Part shown: piece after piece, positions 46,701 through 55,690 of the stretch
Numbering within the stretch: the first letter of the stretch is position 1
How the letters are laid out: the number at the start of each line of letters is the position of its first letter
DNA from: a bacterium
GTDB taxonomy: Bacteria > UBA10199 > 2-02-FULL-50-16 > JAJFLM01
Reading direction: 5' to 3'
Length of the DNA stretch: 64,000 bases
NCBI GenBank assembly: GCA_965216315.1
Contig: CBDCFN010000016.1
Location: 1,024,001-1,088,000, forward strand
Notes under the pieces: model-generated
Told to the model about the DNA's origin: nothing
Seen by the model: only the letters and a program-made list of their open reading frames with translations
Database searches by the model: none
Made by a program: the position numbers and the translations under genes

Positions 46701-48246
46701 CCCTAACTTTAGTGAGCAAGAGGGTTGTGCGGGCTTGAGGTCGATTTTTCCCAACTTCCGAGAGTAGGTCATCGACGAGTTGTTCAGAGCCCTGCAATGC
46801 CTGAATATCAACAACTCCTTCGCGGAAAAGAGCGAGATTCCAGCGGCCATGATCATCGATTAGTTTGTTGGTCTCACAGAGTGCGCGTAGAAGATTGACC
46901 GTATGGCCCGTATGGCCCGCTGTTTCTTGATGAATAGCCTCAACCAGTGCCTGTGGAGGATTGTCATCATTAGATGACCAAATGATCAGTTGTCGAATGT
47001 CATCTGCAGTTAAGCCGAGGAGGGTACAGCTTTGACTCGCAATTTTTTCCTTTCGGATGAGTTGCTCGACTTTTCTAAAGCTATCAGGAGAAAGTGCCAT
47101 CAGCAGTCCGCGTGCATTTTTACTCAGGCGTTTTAGAAGTTTACTCATGCCTTCTTTGTCATAGCTGGGTAGATCTAAGATAAATGTGACATCTTTGGTG
47201 TTTCCGCTCAGGGTAAGGTCACTCAGCACGCGGACGGAGTGACCTTGTAGCTCCAGTTCATATTTCATTTCTTGAAGCAGGCGTGATTTGCCGAGCCCGG
47301 ATTCCCCTGTAATGATAAAGACCGAGAACTCTTCCAATCCTTCAGCCCATTTACGGATATTTTCAATGCTATCACTTCTTCCGACCCAGCGCTCTGATAC
47401 GATCGGTGCTTTACGTCGTTGCGCTGAGACGCTTCCACGTTCCGTCGATAGCTCGGTCAGGACATCACGTGCACTGGCAAAGCGGTCCCTGGGGTTTTTG
47501 GCCAGGAGTCGAAACAAGATTCTATTAAGGTACGGAGGTATTTGGGGGTTCAAAGATCCCGGAGCCGCTGGCATCAGCGAAGTTTGGGCCTTGAGTCGCT
47601 CGGCCATGGATTCTCGGCGAAAAGGGTTTGTTCCCGTCAGGCATTCATAAAAGGTAACGGCAAGTGAATAGAGATCTGATTTGGCATCAATGACGTCGCG
47701 GAGGACTTTTTCAGGTGCCATATAAGAAGGAGTTCCTGCAGTGGCTTGAAAGCGTGGGTGTGCGACGCCGAGATCGAGAATTTTGACTTGTGCGCCTTCA
47801 CCAGTTGTGCAGATGAATATATTGGAAGGTTTGATGTCTCCGTGGAGGGCATTGGCCTGATGAATGGCGTCAAGCCCCTCAAGGCACTGAACAAAAAGTT
47901 CTTCGGCTTTGACCGGATCGTGATCCTCAAGGAACTGATCCAGCGGCACACCATCGACGAGTTCTTGCGTAAAGTAGAGCCGGTTAAGGTCGCGATCCCA
48001 GCCGAAATCCCCAATTCCAACGACGTGTTCGTGCTGAATATCTTTTAAGAGAGAGAACTCAAATTTAAAGGCTTCAATGAGGCTCTCTTGGTCTTTGGGG
48101 TCCGTTGCCAGCTTCAATAGCTTGAGGGCCCAATCTTCCTTGCCGCGTTTGACATGGTAAACCTCGCCACTCATGCCTTCACCGAGCGGGCTGACGACCG
48201 TATAGTTGTGGTCAATCGTCTTGGGGTTTGATTCTCGTTTTGTCAT
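43711..48246 (-). CDS. Ser/Thr kinase - NTPase - TPR - GAF - sigma-54 activator (AAA+) - tandem Fis HTH
   Basis: LGEGMSGEVY, ALK, HGDIKPSN, DLG, YMAPE; GESGLGKS; TPR-like helices; GAF; GESGTGKE, ESELFG..GAFTGA, FLDEIGE, WPGNVREL; two HTHs. Confidence 0.93.
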   Translation of the reverse strand: MTKRESNPKTIDHNYTVVSPLGEGMSGEVYHVKRGKEDWALKLLKLATDPKDQESLIEAFKFEFSLLKDIQHEHVVGIGDFGWDRDLNRLYFTQELVDGVPLDQFLEDHDPVKAEELFVQCLEGLDAIHQANALHGDIKPSNIFICTTGEGAQVKILDLGVAHPRFQATAGTPSYMAPEKVLRDVIDAKSDLYSLAVTFYECLTGTNPFRRESMAERLKAQTSLMPAAPGSLNPQIPPYLNRILFRLLAKNPRDRFASARDVLTELSTERGSVSAQRRKAPIVSERWVGRSDSIENIRKWAEGLEEFSVFIITGESGLGKSRLLQEMKYELELQGHSVRVLSDLTLSGNTKDVTFILDLPSYDKEGMSKLLKRLSKNARGLLMALSPDSFRKVEQLIRKEKIASQSCTLLGLTADDIRQLIIWSSNDDNPPQALVEAIHQETAGHTGHTVNLLRALCETNKLIDDHGRWNLALFREGVVDIQALQGSEQLVDDLLSEVGKNRPQARTTLLLTKVRDQLRMNQHEGIDDLLKEADQLSKKVKGSEIRLKLRAELLERKAWLCIQEGKLGEAGRDIEAAKVLLEEMEELDRPLQLRLLNFQAYALNQSGHIDQAIEIFRDTHHQWQQLSAEEKSLVVNNDFGVTLMQKGQYEEAIKILEEYLAFHEGLGDLSYKIRTHYLLGECYLQNANRKDAIHHYRESAAGARQLRKWDLLLRAYNGLGNAFNQLNKPNDTIDHYNRALDLARYLKDYLAAAAVAQNIGVIEKELGRTAPARENLELSLKLLKQANEGTPHALSLKARAMLELGEISREQHEYDKARDLLTEVRHLITNEKSLEGFLFYIYQALSLLALDQENYEDFSSLYPDLLHHATTKEQQERVEFLRKRSPLDPTSARSKSSQLKAVAPKVDQSAKIDAPTVSQINLDKEPLHWLEAVLEINQFLNTERNLPALLSLVLKYALKLSKAESGLILLVNTEGELSVATSQNIDVDEDLSQISQHVAKQTLREGRALRSDNAMEDENFKEYRSVMLLGLKSIFCVPIRSQGKVIGVLYLIHRFQTSLFDDSLERIVQAFADQAGLAIENARLINRIEEQNRLLAGQLHDAEDKIEGYEALIREKSLETRYPYSEIIAQSAAMEKVFHLLDRITATDLSVLIHGESGTGKELIARALHQNSPRCKKKFIAINCGALPANLIESELFGYKAGAFTGANRDKKGLLEEADGGTIFLDEIGELDTSLQVKLLRTLQEREIVRLGDTQTIPINVRVVSATHQDLKSRIASGEFREDLFYRLAEIQLDLPPLRERKDDIPLLAQHFIKNYMKEQNLKKAPRISQDLMKVFINYRWPGNVRELSNRIRVACALSDGKTIELADLPEADRKALKPQFPFSEMSAPRASESPSPSFFEDLLQQQMHWKDIESIIMAKALMHFDFDVVSTAHSLGVGQATLYNRLRKEKFKRRRQEYERFSFSYENETKLDDIKKEVFALAFRLSDERPYHAARMLGVSPGSVYRWLPS

Positions 48247-48462
48247 GCGCCTGCTGGAATTCTACCTTTTGAATACTTTAGAGATCAATCGGATAATTAT
48301 ACATTAATAATCAAGCATTTAATACAATTAGCATGCCTAATACCAATAATTGGCAGGATTCTAAAATATTCATTCAATAATGAGAGATCGATGTCGGGCT
48401 ATTATGCAGCCTCTCTAATAATATTAATAATATCAATATGTTAAGCTACTTTGGCATCAGCT

Positions 48463-48478
48463 TGGCACAGACCTTGCT
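48463..48478 (+). promoter_or_regulatory. Sigma-54 promoter with upstream IHF-like sites
   Basis: TGGCACAGACCTTGCT; WATCAANNNNTTR matches at 48431-48443 and 48309-48321. Confidence 0.8.
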
Positions 48479-48621
48479 CTATGTAGGGGTGAGAGCAAAG
48501 AGCGCCACCGATTATTTCTTCGACGAGTAAGCACCCATCGTGATGTGCGGGGATCTCTGCCGGGATCCCTGCCATCACACTCTTTGCCGTGTGTCATTAA
48601 CCTAATGAAGGAGCGTATGAG

Positions 48622-48915
48622 ATGAAAACAATTATCAACTTACTACTGTTAGTCGCTGTAGCCCATGTGTCTGTCGGATGTGCTTCCATGCCCGACCAGC
48701 TTGAAAATAGCAATGTCGAGGCGACGGCGGATGCGGTTACTGCCGCGATCGAAAACTGCATGGCCGAAGGAAAGACTGAGGAAGAATGTCAGGCAGAACT
48801 CTTCAATACTGCAGAAGAGGAAGCTCAAGAAGAGTACGGCAATGACGATGCAGATGGTTATGAAGTGCCTGTTGATGAAGACGGTGAATTCTCTGATGAA
48901 GAGTTAGGTGAGTAA
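48622..48915 (+). CDS. Small acidic lipoprotein
   Basis: AAGGAG RBS; lipobox VSVGC; Glu/Asp-rich. Confidence 0.75.
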   Translation: MKTIINLLLLVAVAHVSVGCASMPDQLENSNVEATADAVTAAIENCMAEGKTEEECQAELFNTAEEEAQEEYGNDDADGYEVPVDEDGEFSDEELGE

Positions 48916-48931
48916 CAAGTAAGCCTCCCAT

Positions 48932-48980
48932 AACGGTTGGTGGGGGCGCCTTAGGGAGCCCCTGCCGACCGTTTCTTTTG
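48932..48980 (+). terminator. Intra-operon terminator or stabilising hairpin
   Basis: AACGGTTGGTGGGGGC...GCCCCTGCCGACCGTT followed by TCTTTT. Confidence 0.65.
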
Positions 48981-49019
48981 AGATGAGTGCAGATTAATTT
49001 TTTAAACATGGAGAGCGTC

Positions 49020-50471
49020 ATGAAGAGAAGATTAAGTGCAATGTTGATGTTTGGTATGTTGAGTATGACCGTTGCTTGTTCAAGCAGTATTCCAAATGAG
49101 CTGAATAATGATTCTGCTACGACCAATGATAGCGGCCAGGCAGAAAACGAAAATCCCATTTTCTCAGGCGCGGAAGGGACTAATGAAGAAGAAGCGAACG
49201 AAGAAGAACAGCTTGCATTATGGCCGTTACAGATAGGCGAGAGTTCTGAAGACTTCGGGCAAGAGGTTGTCGTTGATGATGAAGGGAATGTCTACGTCGT
49301 GGGATTTACTAACGGCAATCTCGATCCTGAGCGGCCGCGGCAGACTCTGCCGGGTAATATCAATCATGATATCCTGATCATTAAATTCGATTCTGACGGC
49401 CATGAGTTGTGGCGTCGTCAGACGGGTGGTCGCGGTGATGACTTGGCCACCTCCGCGTCTTTGGATGAAGAAGGCAATTTATACATTGCCGGCACGACGA
49501 GTGACGAATTTGAGGGACGTCCATTCCGTGGTGGTCGGGTGGACCTATTTGTTCAGAAATATTCCCCGGCGGGCGAACTCCTTTGGACCTCGGGCCTGAA
49601 TACGACAGCGACGGATGAATTGGTTGCCATCGAACATTTTAAGGAGTCACTCATTGTACTGGCCAGATCCTTAAGCGATATTACGTTGATTCGGATGAAT
49701 GAGAGCGACGGGCGTTATGATTCGCGCGTCGACCTATTCGAAGACACGGGTTCAAGTGCCGCGGATACAATAACAAATTTGACCATCGATCAGGCGAATG
49801 GAGAAATTTATATCGTCGGTTGGACCCCGGGGGAATTGCCCTGGTATGTGGATGGCCGGGCGCAAGATCTCAATGGTCGTGCCCGTTATTGGCAAAATGT
49901 TAGTGGTGAAGACGCCTTTGTGATGCGCATTGACCCCGATTTTTTCATACTTGATACAGTCACTGTTCCCACGACCAAAACATCTCGACTCTACGACGTC
50001 GCCCTTGACGATGATCGTAATCTTTATGTGGTCGGCGAGACAACAGATGACGGTCTTAATGATCCGGCGAATACGCGTCCGGCGGTTAATAGACATGGTT
50101 TTATCCTAAAGCTCAACGAAAGGTTCGGACGTGAGTGGTTGAGACAGCCGAGCCGGAATCTCTATGAGTTATCCTATCGGGTTGATTTAGCGCCGAATGG
50201 TGACGTCATCGTTGCCGGGTATGAGAGCGATCCTCTCAACAGCGATGTTTCGCTGACACGTTTCGACAGTGAAACGGGGCTGGAAATATTCAATCGTCCC
50301 TTCGGGTCTCCGGTACTCGATAATATTCGTGACCTAGCGATCGATCCAGACGGCAATGTATTCCTTCTCGGTGTGACGCAAGGAACTGTCGTTGAGAACG
50401 GACGTGCCGATACGGCAGCGGACTATGATTGGTTTCTGCTACGCATCGATGAAAATGCGGATCTTATCTAG
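49020..50471 (+). CDS. SBBP-type beta-propeller repeat lipoprotein
   Basis: Lipobox TVAC; repeats D.EGNVYVVG.T...D.F..K.D..G..LW. Confidence 0.85.
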   Translation: MKRRLSAMLMFGMLSMTVACSSSIPNELNNDSATTNDSGQAENENPIFSGAEGTNEEEANEEEQLALWPLQIGESSEDFGQEVVVDDEGNVYVVGFTNGNLDPERPRQTLPGNINHDILIIKFDSDGHELWRRQTGGRGDDLATSASLDEEGNLYIAGTTSDEFEGRPFRGGRVDLFVQKYSPAGELLWTSGLNTTATDELVAIEHFKESLIVLARSLSDITLIRMNESDGRYDSRVDLFEDTGSSAADTITNLTIDQANGEIYIVGWTPGELPWYVDGRAQDLNGRARYWQNVSGEDAFVMRIDPDFFILDTVTVPTTKTSRLYDVALDDDRNLYVVGETTDDGLNDPANTRPAVNRHGFILKLNERFGREWLRQPSRNLYELSYRVDLAPNGDVIVAGYESDPLNSDVSLTRFDSETGLEIFNRPFGSPVLDNIRDLAIDPDGNVFLLGVTQGTVVENGRADTAADYDWFLLRIDENADLI

Positions 50472-50494
50472 GTTCAAGTGAGGAGGAAGCAGTT

Positions 50495-50866
50495 ATGTTG
50501 TTAGCAAAGGTTATCCTGAAAATTGTCGGTATTGCAGTTCTGTGTCTCTCCGGCGTGAAAATTGCGGCTGCCCAGGTACCCTACATCGATGGGCAGATTG
50601 GTGGGCATGTTAACACTGTTGAAGCCGCTGGTGACATTGTTTTTGTAACTTATGACGGTGCGCTTCAAATCATTGACTGCATAGAATTAGCGAAACCAAC
50701 TCTACTCGGCACGTGGACAACGCTTGGTGGCGCCAATGCGAATGGGGGAGGCTGCGGTTGTAGTGTCCAAGCCGCTCAGCCCAACGCTCAGTGGCAAGAA
50801 GCCATTATAATTGGCTTAGTTATGCTTTTTATGTTAGGTATTCGGTTACGCAGTTCGGGAGAGTAA
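50495..50866 (+). CDS. Short secreted protein with one LVIVD-like unit and a MYXO-CTERM-type anchor
   Basis: GAGGAGG RBS; signal peptide; ALQIID..P.LLG; GGGCGCSV + TM + RLR. Confidence 0.7.
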   Translation: MLLAKVILKIVGIAVLCLSGVKIAAAQVPYIDGQIGGHVNTVEAAGDIVFVTYDGALQIIDCIELAKPTLLGTWTTLGGANANGGGCGCSVQAAQPNAQWQEAIIIGLVMLFMLGIRLRSSGE

Positions 50867-50912
50867 TGAGGACTTGTCAGCTTTGATGCTTTAAGCTTAG
50901 AAAGGGAAGCTC

Positions 50913-52298
50913 ATGGGGACGCAGGCTAGTAAATTTGGACGGATCGTGCGGGTTTTTTGCATGGCCTTGGCATGCGCCGGTTTCTTAGAGGCATGTGGTG
51001 GCGCCGGCGCTTCGCCGCCCGTTTCAATACCTGCTCCCGTAGCGGGATTAATCTCTATTACGAGCCCGAGTGATGCAGGCCAAGTTCGCCTGGCCGGGGC
51101 TGCGGGTGCCGCGCAAGATGGCGCGACCTTAACGGTATCTTTCCCGAGCGGCACGTCTGGGTTCAAGACACAAGATACGGTGACGACGACGGTAGCTACC
51201 AGCAGCGGTTCTTTCGGTGCAGATTTTGGCGCGGGAATCGGGGATACCTTTGAGGTGACACAGACAGTCGGTGGCGAAACGAGTCCTCCGATTACCGTGA
51301 CGGTGATTGAGGGTCGTCCCCTGCTGAGTTCCATTCCGCTCGGGACGGCGACTTCGGAATCTTTCAGTATTGGGTGTGCACTTTTTATTTCCGGTAGCGA
51401 TACAACACTTGGATGTTTCAGCCTTTCGACCTTTGCGGAGGCGGCGGTAACGGTAACGAGTTTTATTGGGAGTGATCTTGCGATCGATGATTTCAGCGGC
51501 GATTTTTATCTGATTGCCAATGCGTCGAGTGAGGCGATTGTTGTTGATGCCTTCGGTACCTTAAAAGGAGGGATTTTAGGGATTCCTTCTCCCTTGGCAG
51601 TCGCTGCGGATCAAGACTTGAATTTTGCTGTAGTCGTTCAGGATGATTCTTTTACCTCGATGACGATGATAGACAATACGGATTTCTTTACACCGGTGCT
51701 TGATGCGACGGCACTGATAACCCACCCTACGGATGGGGGAGCCACTCACGTTCGCTCTATAAGCGTTTCGGCAGATCACGACGGCCTTGATGAGGCGCGA
51801 TTCGCGGTACTCAGTGAATTTGATAATGGAGATACTATTTTTTCATTTGTAACGGCGACGCCTCCGCCGGGAGGCATACTGTCTGTTTCTTCTCAAGTTA
51901 ATTTAGGCTCAGCGCAGTTTGATTCAGTGAATCTCTTTAACGCGGCTACCGAGGCGGTTGTGAGTGATACGACAAATAATCAGATAATCCATTTGTCGGG
52001 ATTAAATTTTGCGACGCAAACTCCCATCAGTGTAGGATTGAATCCGCGTGGAATGGCCATCAGTGAGTCGCTCGCTTTTGCTTTTGTCTGTAACCGCGAT
52101 GATCATACGGTTTCAATAGTAGACTTGCTTTCAGATCAAGTCGTGGGCACGATGACGACGCTAAACGGAGTTGGGCTCGGTCCTACCGACATTGCGGTTA
52201 ATCCGAGTCCATTTATTGGAGTCATTTCAAATCAGACGGACTCAACGGCTACCTTATTCGATATAAATAACGTATTAACGGCTTTAGGCATCATTTGA
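50913..52298 (+). CDS. Lipoprotein with Ig-like N-terminus and YncE/YVTN-like propeller
   Basis: Lipobox LEAC; VGLNPRGMAI..AFVCN..D.TVSIVDL. Confidence 0.75.
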   Translation: MGTQASKFGRIVRVFCMALACAGFLEACGGAGASPPVSIPAPVAGLISITSPSDAGQVRLAGAAGAAQDGATLTVSFPSGTSGFKTQDTVTTTVATSSGSFGADFGAGIGDTFEVTQTVGGETSPPITVTVIEGRPLLSSIPLGTATSESFSIGCALFISGSDTTLGCFSLSTFAEAAVTVTSFIGSDLAIDDFSGDFYLIANASSEAIVVDAFGTLKGGILGIPSPLAVAADQDLNFAVVVQDDSFTSMTMIDNTDFFTPVLDATALITHPTDGGATHVRSISVSADHDGLDEARFAVLSEFDNGDTIFSFVTATPPPGGILSVSSQVNLGSAQFDSVNLFNAATEAVVSDTTNNQIIHLSGLNFATQTPISVGLNPRGMAISESLAFAFVCNRDDHTVSIVDLLSDQVVGTMTTLNGVGLGPTDIAVNPSPFIGVISNQTDSTATLFDINNVLTALGII

Positions 52299-53197
52299 TG
52301 ACTAATTTTATTGGAGTGGATCTGGGCGGCACCCATTTGCGGGCCGCTCTTTGTGATTCCTCCGGGGTTGTCACTCATCGAATGCAACAAAGTATTGAGA
52401 CGAGTCGGGCGGCGGATGTGGTCGTCAGCAATATTGTGACTTTGCTCGCGGAGCTGGAAGAGAGAAGCGCTGCTGAGGTGGCTGCAATAGGGATTGGAGT
52501 GCCTGGAATTGTGAGCATGAGTGAGGGGACTGTTTATCAGTCACCCCACTTTCCGGATTGGTGTGAATACCCGTTGCGATCCGTATTAGAAGAGAAACTT
52601 ACCAAGCCCCTTTTTATTTCGAATGATGCTAATTGTCATGCTCTGGCTGAGTCGCAGTTTGGGGTGGCTTCGGATGTTGCTAATATGATGATGCTGACGT
52701 TGGGGACAGGAATCGGTGGTGGAATAGTTATCGCAGATGAATTGTTTACGGGTGACAAGGGCTTTGCGGCTGAATTTGGTCATATAGTCGTCGAATCAAG
52801 CGGAGTTCCTTGCAATTGCGGCGGGAAGGGGTGCCTTGAAATGTATGCCAGTGCCACGGGTTTAAGAAAAGAAACCGGGTTTGACCCGGATGTGCTTTAT
52901 GAACGTGCCTCAAGGGGTGATAAGGTTGCGCAAGCTATTTTCGAGAAGATGGGAGCTTATCTGGGCATAGGGATTGCCTCATTAGTGAATGCCTTAGGAA
53001 TTCATACAATTGTAATAGGCGGCGGAGTGAGTGCCGCATGGGATTTTTTCGCCGAAAATATGAATAAGGAGTTTGGAAGTCGCACCTATCACGAGACGGC
53101 GCGAATTACGCAAATTAGAAAGAGTCAATTGGGAGATAATTCCGGAATTCTGGGCGCAGCTTATGGTGCCTCAAGAGTTTTGCGTAAAGCCTCATAG
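52295..53197 (+). CDS. ROK family sugar kinase (glucokinase-like)
   Basis: GVDLGGT, NDAN, TLGTGIGGG, EFGH, CNCGGKGCLE. Confidence 0.92.
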   Translation: MMTNFIGVDLGGTHLRAALCDSSGVVTHRMQQSIETSRAADVVVSNIVTLLAELEERSAAEVAAIGIGVPGIVSMSEGTVYQSPHFPDWCEYPLRSVLEEKLTKPLFISNDANCHALAESQFGVASDVANMMMLTLGTGIGGGIVIADELFTGDKGFAAEFGHIVVESSGVPCNCGGKGCLEMYASATGLRKETGFDPDVLYERASRGDKVAQAIFEKMGAYLGIGIASLVNALGIHTIVIGGGVSAAWDFFAENMNKEFGSRTYHETARITQIRKSQLGDNSGILGAAYGASRVLRKAS

Positions 53198-54000
53198 GCA
53201 TTTTGGTTGGGTTTCATAAACCCTTTCATGCGGAGCTCGTGAAGGATTTCTTTTCCTTCTTCATCATTGGGCATTGCCATTAAAAGAGAAACAAACTTAT
53301 CGTGAGGAAAGCCTTTTTTCCAATCCTCAAATAATATCAGTGGAGGTGCAGGTAGTTTAGGGCTACTGGATACTGGCTTGAGTTGCCTTGACCAATCGGT
53401 CTTGATTTTTTCTAGCACTTTAGCTTCGTAGGCGTTGATGAGTATGGCGGCGGCTATTTCACCTTGCCCGATTTTCTTGAGGGTGCGAAGGGCCTGCGGA
53501 GCATACTCGAGCTTAACAGTACTGTGCTGAGGCGTGTTACGGAGAATGATTTTTCTTACAAAATCTTCTGTAAGCGGTTCAGAAAGATATAATTTTTCTA
53601 TCGTTTTGTTGGCTGAGTTTTTTAGGATCGTGTACTGATTGCTGCCGTCTCCTGCAGGTTGCTTGCGCGTCTGAGCCAGCAATGATAGAGAATGCTTAGT
53701 TGATAAGTGGATGTACCCTTCAAGGCTGAGGATGGCGACGGCCGGTTTTATTTTTTTGAGTTTTATATCAGAGGTGATGGCATCATTGTGATAAACAGCC
53801 TCCAGCTTGACGGGAAGGCCACGCTCAGTCAGATAGTTCATCCAGTCTTCAAGCAAAGGAGCTGCTTGTGATGAGGACCCTTCGGCGCCGGGATACCATA
53901 GGAGAAATTTGTAGGTACTCGCCCAAGTAGGCCGAGCGCCCATGATTAATAAGAAGGATATTATGAAGAAGCAGCTACGAATTTTTATCATAGTGGCCAT
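53161..54000 (-). CDS. Periplasmic phosphate/phosphonate-binding-like protein
   Basis: Signal peptide TWA; SPKLPAPP..F and EGKEIL.ELRMKGF resemble the PhnD-like C-terminus. Confidence 0.55.
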   Translation of the reverse strand: MATMIKIRSCFFIISFLLIMGARPTWASTYKFLLWYPGAEGSSSQAAPLLEDWMNYLTERGLPVKLEAVYHNDAITSDIKLKKIKPAVAILSLEGYIHLSTKHSLSLLAQTRKQPAGDGSNQYTILKNSANKTIEKLYLSEPLTEDFVRKIILRNTPQHSTVKLEYAPQALRTLKKIGQGEIAAAILINAYEAKVLEKIKTDWSRQLKPVSSSPKLPAPPLILFEDWKKGFPHDKFVSLLMAMPNDEEGKEILHELRMKGFMKPNQNAYEALRKTLEAP

Positions 54001-55690
54001 GTTGTTTCTTGATATTGTCTGTCTGTCAAGTCAACTAACGGCTTCAGTTCCAAAATTTCATTCTCAACTTGATGCGGTGGATCAGGCCCTTGCTAAAGGG
54101 TTGATCCGACCCTCTGAAGCCGCCTATCAGAAAACATACTTTTTAACCGCCGATCCCCGTTATGATTCGGCAAAATATGGTCCGCGACCGTCGTCAAATA
54201 ATAATATGGTTTATGACTGTTCGGCAACCATAATGGTGAGGCAACAGGATCAATGGCGTCGCAAAGAGCGGGATCTTGACCCTTATGGTCTGCTTTGGAA
54301 ATCTTGGCTCGAGGAAGCCGATCGTATTCGAAAATTAAGCGATGCACGGATTCGAGGGCAAATTAGTGGTGTACCTATTAAGATTCTTGCACCGCGAGGG
54401 CGGCTGCACGCGAAAGCGGCGCCTTTTAAGCGGATTAGTGCAAGCCTAGCTGGATTTATCGCCCAATTTAACAAACCTTTAAGTGTATGGGCAAAAGATG
54501 TCTTTGGTGATGATAAAATAAAACCATGGACGTCCTCATTAGCCTGGCCGCCGGACTTCCTCCAGGATCGATTGCCTTATCTGCATAGCTATTTTGATTC
54601 ACATCCCGTATTCGATGCAGGCAGGACAAAGCAATGGGGGCGGCCGCTTTCGATGTTTTTAGGAGCGGTTGGGGCTAATAACAAGGATGGTGCTTTCAAA
54701 ACATCGCAGCCAAGCTGGACGTGGGTTGTCTCAGATCGCATTGAGCGGAATGCCTTGCTTTGGGACGGTGAGGGTCGAAGTATATTATTTTTGTCGATGC
54801 CCTGTTTGGATCGCGTGATTCAGTCTCAGTGGATACGCCAGCATACATGGACAAAAGCGCTCAATGAAATGGTATTGCATGAAATTCTACTGACTTATTA
54901 TCTCAATAATCGACCCCAATCGTTCATGCGTGATCCGAATATGGATGCGGTAGTCCAAGGGATTGCGCAGAATTTTCTGCCTCAATCAGGCTTGCAGTAC
55001 AGTCAGGGTCCATTCTTTAAGGCGATGGGGGAATTTAGTCTGTCAAATGATTCTCGTACGGATTACGGACGCTATTGGAGTTCACCTCTATGGAATTTTT
55101 TCTATCGGGTCAATGGCCCCGAATTTGTAAGAGACTATCTGAAGGTTGGGCGTCGACCAGAGCAGTATCTTAAGAGGGCAATGCGACGTAACAATAAGAA
55201 AGGAATCTCCTATCAAAGCTTTATTGCTTGGGCACTAGGTCTTGATGACATGCCGGCATCTCTGCGGGCGAATATTCCTTCGGTACGTTCTGTTGCAGGC
55301 ACTGTTTTGCCCCAAGATATTGAACTAAAGCCTATTGTTCCGCCTAAAGGGACAATAGGTGCGGCGACGTCGCCCTTTAAGGCGCAATCATTCCGACTTT
55401 TTCGAGTGCCAATCAAGAGTTCTAGAAAGGTAGCCGCACTAAATTTAAGGTGGCAGCCCGTGGCACCACAATTAGATGGCCACCTTTTTTTAGTAGATAA
55501 CGCTGATAAACATAATGCAAAATATTTGGCTTACACCTCAGTCAAGCCTGGAACCGTCCAGCAAATTTTTCTAGATCCTGTGCGCCCTCCGACGGAGGCC
55601 TTGTTTGTTGTTGTCAATCCAAGTAGTAAAAACTACCCCGGAAAAGATCTGCAATTGCAGGTGAGTATTGTTGAAGTGCCGGAAAGTTAG
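53963..55690 (+). CDS. Hypothetical secreted protein
   Basis: Long ORF with signal-like N-terminus; start uncertain (head-to-head overlap with the neighbour). Confidence 0.65.
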   Translation: MKKQLRIFIIVAMLFLDIVCLSSQLTASVPKFHSQLDAVDQALAKGLIRPSEAAYQKTYFLTADPRYDSAKYGPRPSSNNNMVYDCSATIMVRQQDQWRRKERDLDPYGLLWKSWLEEADRIRKLSDARIRGQISGVPIKILAPRGRLHAKAAPFKRISASLAGFIAQFNKPLSVWAKDVFGDDKIKPWTSSLAWPPDFLQDRLPYLHSYFDSHPVFDAGRTKQWGRPLSMFLGAVGANNKDGAFKTSQPSWTWVVSDRIERNALLWDGEGRSILFLSMPCLDRVIQSQWIRQHTWTKALNEMVLHEILLTYYLNNRPQSFMRDPNMDAVVQGIAQNFLPQSGLQYSQGPFFKAMGEFSLSNDSRTDYGRYWSSPLWNFFYRVNGPEFVRDYLKVGRRPEQYLKRAMRRNNKKGISYQSFIAWALGLDDMPASLRANIPSVRSVAGTVLPQDIELKPIVPPKGTIGAATSPFKAQSFRLFRVPIKSSRKVAALNLRWQPVAPQLDGHLFLVDNADKHNAKYLAYTSVKPGTVQQIFLDPVRPPTEALFVVVNPSSKNYPGKDLQLQVSIVEVPES

